A stretch of DNA of 64,000 nucleotides from Hemiscyllium ocellatum. Taxonomy: Eukaryota. The stretch is taken from the NCBI RefSeq assembly GCF_020745735.1, contig NW_026867529.1:124001-188000 (forward strand). Direction: 5' to 3'. The notes under the pieces are model-generated. The model ran no database searches. It was not told where the DNA came from and worked only from the letters and a program-made list of their open reading frames with translations. The number at the start of each line of letters is the position of its first letter. Position 1 is the first letter of the stretch. Shown piece by piece: positions 51,140 through 62,155 of the stretch. A program made the translations under genes and the position numbers.

Positions 51140-51526
51140 GACATGAATTAACAGTGTCCATCAGTGCAAGTGAAATGTTTACGAAACTCGGTTTACCGCT
51201 GGATTTATCGACTGTTCTGTTGAATATCTTCAATGGAATCGCTTCATGTCCCACCACACAGGAGTAAGAAGCACCGCTGACCCACTCCTCCGCTGTAATG
51301 GATAACAGGCTGTAGATGAAGAAGGAAGTGTTGTCACTCTCCGCCATCACCTCGGTGTTCTTGTAGTTACTGGGATTCACCGGCTTGTCATTGTTTGTCC
51401 ACTTGACGAAGATCTCTCGGGGGGAGAAACCTCTCACTAAACAGGTGAGGGAGAGAAACCTCTGAGCGGAGATTTCTTCTGTTGGTGGCAGGAGGACCGA
51501 CACTGATGGCTCCAGCGGATTAATCA
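51135..51526 (-). CDS. IGHM: IgM heavy chain CH4 plus secretory tailpiece exon
   Basis: Acceptor tattctgcag|[24 protein letters not shown]...[43 protein letters not shown], with the tailpiece NIS glycosylation site and penultimate Cys. Internal donor AGCG|gtaaac at 51197/51196 serves the membrane form. Confidence 0.98.
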
Positions 51527-51974
51527 CTGCAGAATATTTGAGACAAATATAAATCAACCAAAAGCATCCTGAACCAATATCACAATTACACTAAATATTA
51601 AAATACGTCATTTTAAATTTGGGATTTATTCACTTTCCTTTTCTAAAGGAGCAGTATGGTACACATTCTGTTCAGTAAAAAAAGTAAAGTGAAAGTTGCC
51701 TCCATGTTTCCAGCCCACAACAAGGGCATTCTGTCCAACTGTCATTGCTGATGGTGACATCACAACCCAGGTTTCTTCCCACCTTATCTGACTTAATCAG
51801 AATACAATATCCTTTGGTCCATCTTTTTCTTAATCAGCTACTTAGCTATCCTGCCTTCAGATGCATCATTAATGCTCCCAGCGGTGTTTGTTCATTACCA
51901 ATCAAAGCCTGCCATTGATGTAACTGGATCTGGATTCCACATGGGATGCTTTGTGTTTTAATCTCACCGCTCAC

Positions 51975-52283
51975 CTTTCTCCTTGTGGATGGAGTCTCTC
52001 AGCGGAGTCGGTAGATTCTGATGGTACACCACACATTCAAAAGTAACGCCACTCAGCCAGGCTTCAGTAGAAATGTCTAATTTGCTGATCATGCTGTCGG
52101 GATTCTGTCCAGGCTGGTCAGCAATCTCGGATTTCAGAGGCTTCTTTTCTTGTTTCCAGGTCACGTTGACTCCAGAAGGAAGATTGGACACAACGCAGGT
52201 TAACGTCACCGTCGCCTCCAGTAAGACTTGTTCTACTGGCGGTGGGAGGATTTTAACGGTGTGTGGGTGGCACTCGGTATCTT
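51975..52283 (-). CDS. IGHM: IgM heavy chain CH3 exon
   Basis: Acceptor gtttcatag|AA and donor AAAG|gtgagc; 309 nt. [32 protein letters not shown]...[28 protein letters not shown] matches shark mu CH3. Confidence 0.97.
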
Positions 52284-53554
52284 CTATGAAACAAAAATCA
52301 AAGTCAATGAAAAATGCCCCTTTATGATACAAACACCCAATCTTCAGATTACTTCTTCACAGGGTGAAGACACCACCTTCAAAATGGCAACTCCAACCAT
52401 TGCTGAAACGATGCTTACTATTGTTGATATATTTTGATTTGTGAATGCATTTGTGATTACCTATGACATACCCTGTGTCATTATTCCTAAAGAACACTGG
52501 CTTTGTAACAAGTGACACCTGTGAAAAAAGTAAAATCATCGAAGATACCATTATGTAACCCATGGAATTACCTTTCTTTCAGAGTTTGTCTCTCACTTAA
52601 GACCATCTATTGATACTTGTGACAAGAGTAATCTGAATATAATGAGTTCAATTCCATGTTCATAACCCTTAGATGTAAGTGCTGCTGGTCACGCTGACTG
52701 CTAAATCACAGCCCAAATTTCGGACAAATTATAATAAATAATAATTATTCTCTTTGCAGAGTTCTAAAGTGTTACAGGAGCGGTGAATATCCATGGAAAT
52801 TCTGTTCATTATATTTAACGTGATCAAAAATACTTTGCGTTATTGGTGTGATGTCATTCTCTAATTTATGTCATTGTTCCTCGTGGGCTGCGTTTGGAGT
52901 AGATCTGAAAACAAGGCACTGAGTACAGCATTGGATATCGAGAAGGACACCCATCTCCTTAAGTCTACCCCTCCATTCAGTTCGTTCATGACTGGTCCGT
53001 ACTTTCACTTTATTTACCAAGCTGCATTTTTTAAATTTCTTCATAGAGCAGGGGAGAAAAAAAACAAACAAAAACGTCTTAAATTAATCTACAAACGTGA
53101 TGGAAATGTACACTAATATTACAGACATCCACTACCCACTGTGTAAACATCACCACCCCAAACCAGGCTAAATCAGCCTGTCTCGAGTTCCTCGTTCATT
53201 CATCCCTATTGTAGCATTCTTACCAGAATTTATTCTCCTCCCTCATCCACTACTTACAGAGAGCATCTTAAAGAAGCTCAGTGAGACCACGTTTATCCCA
53301 GTTCATCAAATGTGATACCCACTTGGTCTGTGGTCTGATCCCATAAATGTAGTTAAAGAGCTCAGTACCAGATAAAAATCGATGTCGTACAATGTCCAAG
53401 GCCAACAGGTCATTCCTGATCAGGGAATGAAGCATTGAACGCATTCTGATTTACTTTCAAGTAAGGGTCACTGCATATTTTAACCACGTCATTTTGAGAC
53501 CACATCATCATAAGATAGAGGATCAGAATAAGGCTGTTCGGCCAATCCAGAGTT

Positions 53555-53640
53555 TAGGTCAGAATGATGCTGGAAAAGCACAGCAGGTCAAGCAGCATCC
53601 GACGAGCAGGAAAACCGACGTTTCGGGCTAAAGCCATTCT
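53555..53640 (-). mobile_element. Short PLE pseudo-LTR fragment within LINE debris in the CH2-CH3 intron
   Basis: tgctggaaaagcacagcaggtcaagcagcatcc...gacgtttcgggctaaagcc. Confidence 0.65.
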
Positions 53641-54252
53641 ACTGTCTTCTCCCCACACGAAACAAGAGCCGAACTATCTCTGGCTTGAATATACACAATG
53701 GCCTGGTCTCCACAGCCCTCTGCAGCAACAAGTTCCACAGATTCATCACCCTCTGGCTGAAGAAATTCCTCCCCATCTCAGTTCTAAACGGTGCCCCTTT
53801 GACCCTGAGACTGTGCCCTTAGGTCCTAGTCTCGCCTACCAGTCAAAACGTCTATTCCACGTTCACTCGACCTCAGTCTCTCAGTATTTTTTATGTTTCA
53901 ATTAGATATCTCTCCAATATTCCCCTCCACCCCCAAACTTATCCTTGAAGCCACTACCAGGCAAGGATTCAGCACTCTGAATGCCTCTCCCAGCAAGGTC
54001 AGGCAACAAACTATTTAACAAAGCTCACTGTCTATATATCTATCTTCAACAGAGAGGAAACATGCTTTTCTGACTTGCCAAAATGTTGAATTATGAGCAA
54101 TGCTAATGTAACACTCAAACCGAAATGAGATACGTGACATGTGGGGAAACGAGAAGCTGTACCTTGCTGTTTACTACGCCTGATAAATTAGTGTGTTTGA
54201 TTCACATCAGAGTTCAGAGTGATTTGTAGCTCTCTCAGTATGTGTCTCTTAC

Positions 54253-54564
54253 CCTGGAGTGCGGTGATGTTTTTACTTTGAATGTTGTCTTCATGAGTGA
54301 CCTGGCAGGTATAGACTGCGCTGTTGTACCATTCACCATAAGGGACCATCAGCCGACTCGTCACCGAGAAGTTCCCGTTCGCCTCACACACGGGAGACAT
54401 GAAGAAGCCAGAATCCAAGAGTCGGCCATTTTTCAACCAACTCACGGAGATTGACTTCGGATGGAAATCGATGATTGAACAGACAATGGTTGCAAACTTG
54501 CTGCTTGCGATTTCTTCACTGGAGCTCACAGTTAGGAGAAGAGTTGGTGGGAGAGGACCTCTAC
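54253..54564 (-). CDS. IGHM: IgM heavy chain CH2 exon
   Basis: Acceptor tttcctaaag|GT and donor CAGG|gtaaga; 312 nt, open. [42 protein letters not shown]...YTCQVTH...SKNIT matches elasmobranch mu CH2. Confidence 0.96.
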
Positions 54565-54699
54565 CTTTAGGAAACACATCGCATAAATTATCTGATGAAT
54601 TTCATAACAAATACAATCAGTTCTCATATATCAAGGTTTCTTGTGGTTAATGGATACAAGAATCATAATTGTGCAGAGTGCTGGAGAAGCTGGGATCCA

Positions 54700-57590
54700 C
54701 ACAGAAAGATCATCAGGACAATGTGAAAGGCTAAAATTATAGGACACAGCAAGGGAGTCAAGGAGGCATAGAAACTGTAGACCGGTAACATCAGAAGGGA
54801 GATAGCAACGTTGGATGGTATTCGTTTTAATGACAGAGTCTGATGAACAAGGCAGATGAATTACCGCCATAAATGAGGAAATGATGCGGTTGCTATCACG
54901 GAGACATATTGAGAGATGGGCAGGAGTGGCTATTCAATATTCCAGGATTTAGTGCCTTCAGGCGAGACAGGGAAAGATGGAAAAGGATAGGGGCGGGGGT
55001 TTGCGGCACAGAATGTTGCTTCTGTCACAATTCTGACAAGAGTATTTTAGGCTGTAAATAGAAATGAAATAATGGATACCTCCTCGAACAAAGGCAAATG
55101 GACAGTACCTCAAAACCAAAATCCAGCAAACATCACTACTGGGAGAACACGATAGACCGTACTATAGGTCCAAAAGACCAAGTGCAAATACATGGGCAAA
55201 TTTCAGAGAAATGTAAATTAAATAGGGGATTGAGAAAAGAGGTTTTTAACTTCCTCAGAATAGGCTTGGATATTCATTGTGTCAAAAGTTGAGAGGGAGC
55301 ACAATTCTGAAAATGCCCCCAGGAGAATATTTTAACAAAGTATGTGTTAATACAGAGAATTTTAATCCAGACCTTGCAAGAAAGGGGTGAACCTGGACTT
55401 AACTTTTGGAAATGAAGTCGACCCAGTGGGTAAAACATCAATGGTGGTGCACTTTGCAGACAGTGATCGTAAATCAGTTGGATTTCAGATTGTACTGCAA
55501 CGGAATAGAAATTGTCCCAAAGTTCTGAAAAGGGGAAGGACAATTTTAGTAAGATCAGGTAATGACTTAACCAGAGTGGATTGGAAGCTGACACTTATTG
55601 GTAAATCTGAGTCAGAGCAGTGTGACACATTTAAGAAAGAGATAGGAAAATCACAGGGAGGACATTTCCCAGGAACCCACTGAATGGGACCAAGAATGTA
55701 GCGGGCTCTGGACACCAAAGGGCATGGAGGGTGAGATAAAGAGAAACAAGGGAGGCTTCCGGTCTATACTGAAATCTCAAAACAATAGAAATTAGTCTGG
55801 AGTACAGAACGTGCAAGGGGGAGTTTGAAAGACAAAGGAATTAGAAGAGCAAAGGGGACCATGAGAAAATAATAGCAGTCAAAATAAAGGAAAATATTTT
55901 TAAAAGTTACAGGCTCATTCATAATAAAAGAATGATTCGGGAAACAGTAATGCCCATTAAGTGTTATTATTGGAGTGGAGCCGGAGGATTAGGTTGTGGT
56001 CAAAATGAATGTGTTGTGTCAGTGTTCACTAGTAAGACGGACAATGTGGGGACAGAAATCATGGAGGGGTGTTGTGATGTACTTTCAGAAATTAGGACAC
56101 ATGATGTGATCTTCTGTGTTGTCTTGATGAATGAAAAGTGGTTATATTTCCAGGGCAGATGAAAAGTATACCAAGCGGTTGAGCGATGCAAAGGATGAAA
56201 TAGTTGGGTCGCTGACAATAATTTAGAATTACTGCCTGGCCACAGCAGTTGTGCCAAGTGAGTGTAGATCAGCCAACGTTGCACTGTTACGCAGGACAAA
56301 GTAAGGGGTAAATAATGAAAACACAGATCTGTCAAGCTAGTCACAGTGGTAGGGAAACTATTGAAAAGTGAAATTAGTCTTCATTTGGAAGATAAATCAA
56401 CAATTTTCAGCACGGTTTTATTGAGAGAAAGTCATGTGTAACAATTTGATAGTAGTTTTCAGAGAGATAACTCGATGTACAGATGATAGCAATAATCAGA
56501 GCCAATGGGATCCGAGTTAATTTGACAGATTGGATCTCGAACTGGCTGAGTGATGGGAGCAGGGGATAATAGTCATCGGGTATCTGCGTGACTGGAAATC
56601 TATGTCTCCTGGTGTTCTGTAGGGATTGGTGTTGATTTCCATGTTATTTCTCTGACATACCAATGATTGAGACTCAAATTTAGGAGGATTAACCAGTGAA
56701 TTCACAGATGAAATGAAAACTGTCATGTTGGTAAGTCATGAGCATTATGACTTTAGATTGCAGGAGGATATAAAAGAGTTGGTTGTATGTGAAGAGAAGT
56801 TGCAAATGGAAATTATTCTGGATAAATGTAAGGTGATGGAATTCGGCAGAAGAATCTGTGAGGTATGACATTTTGAATGGTGGAACCCTGGAAAGGCCTG
56901 AGGATCTTTGGTGCATGTACCCACCGATCCCCTATAGTACTGTGTCGTCTGGATAAAGAGACTAAGAAGGTGGGAGGATATTTGCTTTTATTAGCCTAGA
57001 CATTGACAATGAAGAATAGGGAGATGATACTGGAACTTAAATAGAACACTGGTTAGGCCATATTGAAGCGTTGTGTGCATGTTATCGAAGGAATGTGATT
57101 ACATTACACTGAAGGCAGTATTGATGAGATTTGCCAGGATCTTGCCTGGGTTGGAGGGTTTTAGTTATGAAACTAGATGAGATAGACAGGGGTTTTCCTT
57201 GGAGCAGAGGAGAGTTAGGGAGAAGATTATCATGATGTCTAGAATTATTTTAGGCATAGACTGGGTAAACTGGATCAAACCTTTCCCCTTGATGGAGAGA
57301 TCAATGCCTCAGGGGCACAGGGTGAAGGTAAGGCCAGGAGGTTCCAAGTGGATCTCAGGGGAAAACAAAATCAAACAGAGGGTGGTGTTAGCCTGGAGCT
57401 CAGCACCTATAAGTCATGTAGAAACTGAGCCCCTCATAATAAGTATGAAGTATTGAGATGCATCCTTGCAAGGGCAAGTCACACAAGGCAATGGATCATG
57501 TGCTGGCACATGGGACTGGAATAGTTAGGTGGCTGTTATTGACAGGCGTAAACTGGATGGATCAAAGGGCCTTTTTTCCTGTGCTGTATA
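54700..57590 (+). mobile_element. Old, heavily decayed CR1 ORF2 remnant filling most of the CH1-CH2 intron
   Basis: gctatcacggagaca...ggcaggagtggctattcaatattccagga (endonuclease start), NLDLTFGNE...HFADSD, later RT fragments, and the tail gatcaaagggcc...gtgctgta. Confidence 0.75.
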
Positions 57591-57677
57591 AGGTGATTCT
57601 GTGAAAATGGTTATAAATAATGCCTTATTCATATTAATCCCAGATGCTCTGTTTATCTCAGTTCCCACAATACGTAC

Positions 57678-57986
57678 CACATGGCATTTCTTTGCTCTTG
57701 TGTGAGTGTGACCCGCTGTGTTCAACCTCACAGTAGATTTTGCTGGGGCAATCTACCGCTGACCCGGGCAGGGTTAACTGGCTGCTCAGGGTGTAGGTTC
57801 CCTTCTTGTTTCTCACTGATGGGTAAGTCTTCAATCCATCCGTGATTAGCTCCCCACCTTTCTTCCAGGTTACCTTGGTGACGTCAGGGGAATAGTCCAT
57901 CACCAAACAACCAAAGATTGTCGAATCGGTGTTGTGCCCCTCACAGGAGGAGACCAGGCCATAAAGCGTGGGGGGAGATGGTGTCT
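57678..57986 (-). CDS. IGHM: IgM heavy chain CH1 exon
   Basis: Acceptor ctattgtag|AG at 57986 and donor TGTG|gtacgt at 57678; 309 nt, phase 1. Translates as [102 protein letters not shown]. Ig C1-set Cys-Trp-Cys plus the [10 protein letters not shown] and [18 protein letters not shown] motifs of shark mu CH1. Confidence 0.95.
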
Positions 57987-58320
57987 CTACAATAGAATGA
58001 CCAATTGAGCATGTTAGTTTCTGTTAATTTGACCTTATCAGTTACTCAAATGTATCCTCAGCTGTAACCGTTTGCCAGTATGCTCCCGCTGAAGTCTACA
58101 GCATAACTGGAGTTTATTTTTGTTTCCTACCAGTTGCTGATCATGATCATTGGTTCCCTCTTTAGGAACATGCCCTCGACCTTGAACATTGCCATATCAT
58201 TTAGGAAGAAGAACATCCTGATCCCACCCCAGGAACTGTTTGAAGATCTCACCAACTGACACTTTCATTGGATTGCTGTGAAGAGCAGAGAAGTTTCACA
58301 AAATACAAACCAAGGAAATG

Positions 58321-58647
58321 CAGATTCATTGAAATTCTACAGTGTAGACAAACAGGCCATTTGGCCCAACAAGTCCACACCCACCCTCTGAAAAGAAACA
58401 CATCCAGACCCATTCCCCTACCCTATTATGCTACAGTTAACCCTGACTAATGCACCTAACCTCCCAATCACTGAACACAACATTTGCAATTTCCCCAGCT
58501 TGTACATCTTTGGACTGTGGAAGAAAATGCAGACAGATGTGGGGAGGAAGTGCCAACTCCACAGACAGTCACCCAAGGCTGGAATGGAACCCGAGTCCCT
58601 AGCACTGTGAGGCAGCAGCGCTAACCACGGAACCAGCATGCCGCCCC
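58321..58647 (-). mobile_element. HE1-type SINE in the J-CH1 intron
   Basis: Reverse complement starts ggggcggcatgctggttccgtggttagcgctgctgcctcacagtgc. Confidence 0.8.
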
Positions 58648-58715
58648 ACTAGGTACCCTGCTGCTGGAAATACCCAACAGCTGGCAGTACCCCCGGAGAG
58701 AAATCAGAGTGAATC

Positions 58716-60180
58716 ATAGAACATAGAACAGTACAGCGCAGTACAGGCCCTTTGGCCCTCGATGTTGCGCTGCTCTGACATACTAATATGAAGCCCATCC
58801 CACCTACACTATTCCATGTACATCCATAAGCCTGTCCAATGACAACTTAAATGTATTTAAACTTGGCAAATCTACGCCCGTTGCAGGTAAAGCATTCCAT
58901 ACACTTACTACTCAATGAGTAAAGAAACTACCTCTGCCATCTGTCTTATACCTATCTCCCCTCACTTTAAAGTTGTGTCCCCTCGTGTTTGCCGTCCCCA
59001 TACTTGGAAATCAGGTCCAGTGAGCCTTCCTCACTTATCACTGCAAGGCAGAATGTTCTCTCTGGGAGGAAGGTCACTGCAGCAGCAGCAGCAGCAGCAG
59101 CAGCAGCACAGGCAGGAGCTGAGCACTGGGACGGGGAGGATGGCTGTCACGGCTGAACTCAGGCCAATTGGCTGGAAGTTGAAACATCTCATTTACAATG
59201 ATCTGAATTCTGGAGGCCTCTGAAAAATGGAGGACCATTAAGGTTCAGAGACTTTGGAGAGTTACAGCTGAGTATTTACGTAAATATGATTTGAGAAATG
59301 AACAAGTAATCTTTAACTTTAATAACTATCAAACTGATACGCAGTTCACCACCAAACCTCATCTCTCAGACTAACCACTGCACTTACTCTGCCTAGACCT
59401 AAATTTCCACTCACATTGACAAACCCTACCCTGCTATACACCCATTCATGCCCGGAACACACAACCCCTATCACACAAAACACATCCAAGGCAATCCATA
59501 TTGGTAGTGTAGCTGAGCAGAGAGATCTCGGTGCCCATGTACATAGATCCCTAAAGGTTGCCAGCCAGTTTGATAGAGTTGTTAAGAAGGCATACTTTGT
59601 GCTGGCTTTCATCGATAGAGGGACTGAGTTTCAGAACCATGAGGTTAGGTTGCAGCTGTACAAAACTCTGGTGTGGCTACACTTGGAGTATTGTGTACTG
59701 TTCTGGTCACCACATTATAGAGAGAATGTGGAAGCTTTGGAAGAGTTCAGAGGAGGTTTACCAGGATGTTGTTTGGTATGGCGGGAAGGTTTAATGAGGA
59801 AAGGATGAGGGTCTTGAGGCTGTTTTTGTTTGAGAGAAGAAGGTTGAGAGGTGACTTAATTGAGACATAAAAGATAAACAGAGGGTGGACAGTGAAAGTT
59901 TTTTTCCTTGAATAGTGATGGCTAGCAGGAGAGGACATAGATGACAGATGTCAGAGGTTGTTTCTTTACTCAGAGAGTAGTAGGGCCATGGAACGCACTG
60001 CCTGCAACAATAGTACACTCGCCAACTTTAAGGGCATTTAAAAGGTCATTGGATAAACATATGGATGAAAATGGAATAGTGTAGGATAGATAGGCTTCAG
60101 ATTGGTTCCACAGGTCAGCGCAACATCGAGGGCTGAAGGACCTGTACTGCACTGTAATGTTCTATATTCTATATTCCAGA
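58716..60180. mobile_element. CR1 3'-end fragments: (-) 58716-59010 and (+) ~59500-60180
   Basis: catagaacatagaacagtacagcgcagtacaggccc tail on the minus strand; RDLGAHVHRSLKVASQFDRVVKKAY...LEYCVLFWSPHY on the plus strand. Confidence 0.8.
59080..59106. repeat. (CAG)9 trinucleotide repeat
   Basis: Perfect run. Confidence 0.95.
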
Positions 60181-61671
60181 TGGACATATGATCTCAATCC
60201 CTTTCAGTCATTTACACTCCTGCCATCCTGCACCTGGCCCATAGCGAATCTGGCCCTGACTGGACCTGGCACCATCATTTTCACAACCTCTGACAAAAGC
60301 CCACTACCCAAGACATGACCTCAGCCCTTGATCACTGATCTCTCATCTTACCCAAGACAACCTGTGCACATTGCATCCTAGCTCCGCTGGCATCTGTGCT
60401 TTACAACCTACCATTTTGCCAGACTTCGAGCTTTGCATTTTGACAACACGTCCACCTGTCACTTCATTCCAGTGACCTTCCACCCCTGAAACATCCTGGC
60501 ACTCTGCCCACCTCTACACTAACCAGCCTGCCATCCTGCCCACCTCTCCATAAACCAGCCTGGCAAAGACAGACCTCCTGCATTTCAGCTCAAACTACCC
60601 CTCACCTACCAAGCACAATTCAACCAAATTATCCTGTGACCATTACCATTTACCTTGATGCCACCTTTTGCCAGACAGAGTGCACACAAGCTTACCCAGC
60701 AGCCAGCCAACCAGCTTCCCATCCCAAACTCTCCCACATGCCCAATCTAGCCCCTCACTTGCTCACCACCTTCCAACTTTAAGCCTCCTCCACCATAAAG
60801 TCAGTGAGACATAAAGTCGTACAGCACAGAAACAGTTCCTTTGGTCCAGCCCAGCCATGCTGACCAGAGTTCCCAAATTAAACTCATTCCACTTGCCTGC
60901 CTTTGGCCCATATCCATCCAGACCGATCCAGTTCCTGCAGCTGTTCAAATGTCTTCTCAATGTGGGACCGATCTCTGCACTTCCCGCTTCCTCTGGCAGT
61001 TCATTCCAATGTTTTGGACAGTTACAACATGAAGCCCTAACTCCTGCACTCAGTGCTCTGACCAATGAAGGTACATGCGCCAAACACCTTCAACACACTA
61101 GGTACTTGAGACAACGCTTTCAAGAATCGATGAGTCTTGAATCTATGAATTTCTGTGGTGGAGAATTCCAAAAGCATTCACCATTCTTTTGTTGAAGTCA
61201 GGTTCAATGTTATCGAGTGTTGGGAAGACTGGTGAGCAGCAAGATTAATGATGATCCCATGAATGGAATAGCCTTCTAGAGAGGCCGAGATGCCTTCTTC
61301 AGCTTCCATTTTGCATGCTGACATGTCCCTTCGGCAGCATGTTCCAAACTTGTGATCCTTGAGGATAAGGGCACACATGCATGTAAAGCTTTCCTCCAAA
61401 TCAGACTTCAACTTGACTCTCAACTATTTCCCTGCCCGTTTCCTTTTCCTCAATCACAGCCATGGGACTCACTTCCTAACAGCGCTGTGAATGTGCTAAT
61501 ACCACACAAACTTCAGCAATTCAAATAGACTGATGACAACTGGTTTCTCAAGGCGATATAAAAAGTCTGACACTTCCACACCTGTCTAGAGATTCAAACA
61601 ACCACTGGAAGAATTGAAAATTATTTGAGGCATTTGTGTGTCTACACAAGATGACATGGTTTCCTTTTTTT

Positions 61672-61860
61672 AAAAGTCACACAACACCAGGTTATAGTCC
61701 AACAGGTTTAATTGGAAGCGACGCTCCACTATCACCTGATAAAGGAGCGTTGCTCCGAAAGCTAGTGTGCTTCCAATTAAACCTGTTGGACTATAACCTG
61801 CTGTTGTGTGATTTTTAACTTTATACACCCCAGACCAACACCGGCACCTCCAAATCATGG
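61672..61860. mobile_element. Palindromic insert of the second PLE-like family, with a hammerhead remnant at 61733-61767
   Basis: Arms cacacaacaccaggttatagtccaacaggtttaattggaagc and gcttccaattaaacctgttggactataacctgctgttgtgtg; core cac-CTGATAA-A-GGAGC(gtt)GCTCC-GAAA-GC-TA-gtg with G8 mutated. Confidence 0.8.
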
Positions 61861-61950
61861 CTTCTTTTTGTGTGATTTGACTGTGTTTTCACTGAATGAA
61901 CAGAGCTATTTCTTAATCATATAATAGGAATGAAGCTTCCCTCATTTTTA

Positions 61951-62155
61951 GCAACTGCTGAAAATGTGTTGCTGGAAAAGCGCAGCAGGTCAGGCAGCAT
62001 CCAAGGAGCAGGCAGTATCCAAGGAGCCCTTCCTGAAGAAGGGCTCATGCCCAAAACGTCAATTCTCCTGCTCCTTGGATGCTGCCTGACCTGCTGCGCT
62101 TTTCCAGCAACACATTTTCAGCTCTGATCTCCAGCATCTGCAGTCCTCACTTTCT
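61951..62155. mobile_element. PLE pseudo-LTR palindrome with an 11-bp TSD and a mutated hammerhead
   Basis: TSD cctcattttta at 61940-61950 and 62156-62166; the core reads CTGAAGA...GCCC-AAAA-CGTC (G12 lost). Confidence 0.85.

Noticed and set aside
52350-52435. Hydrophobic frame NISTIVSIVSAMVGVAILKV resembling a cryptic TM exon
   Set aside because: It is out of frame with the nearby acceptor, has no acceptor of its own, and lacks the conserved BCR TM residues.
45613-57986. Alternative identity as IgNAR or IgW
   Set aside because: Four C domains with mu-specific motifs ([43 protein letters not shown]) and a CH1 with an L-chain Cys indicate IgM.
60180-60780. C-rich stretch with a ~27-bp local duplication
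   Set aside because: It is low complexity with no ORF or family signature I can support.
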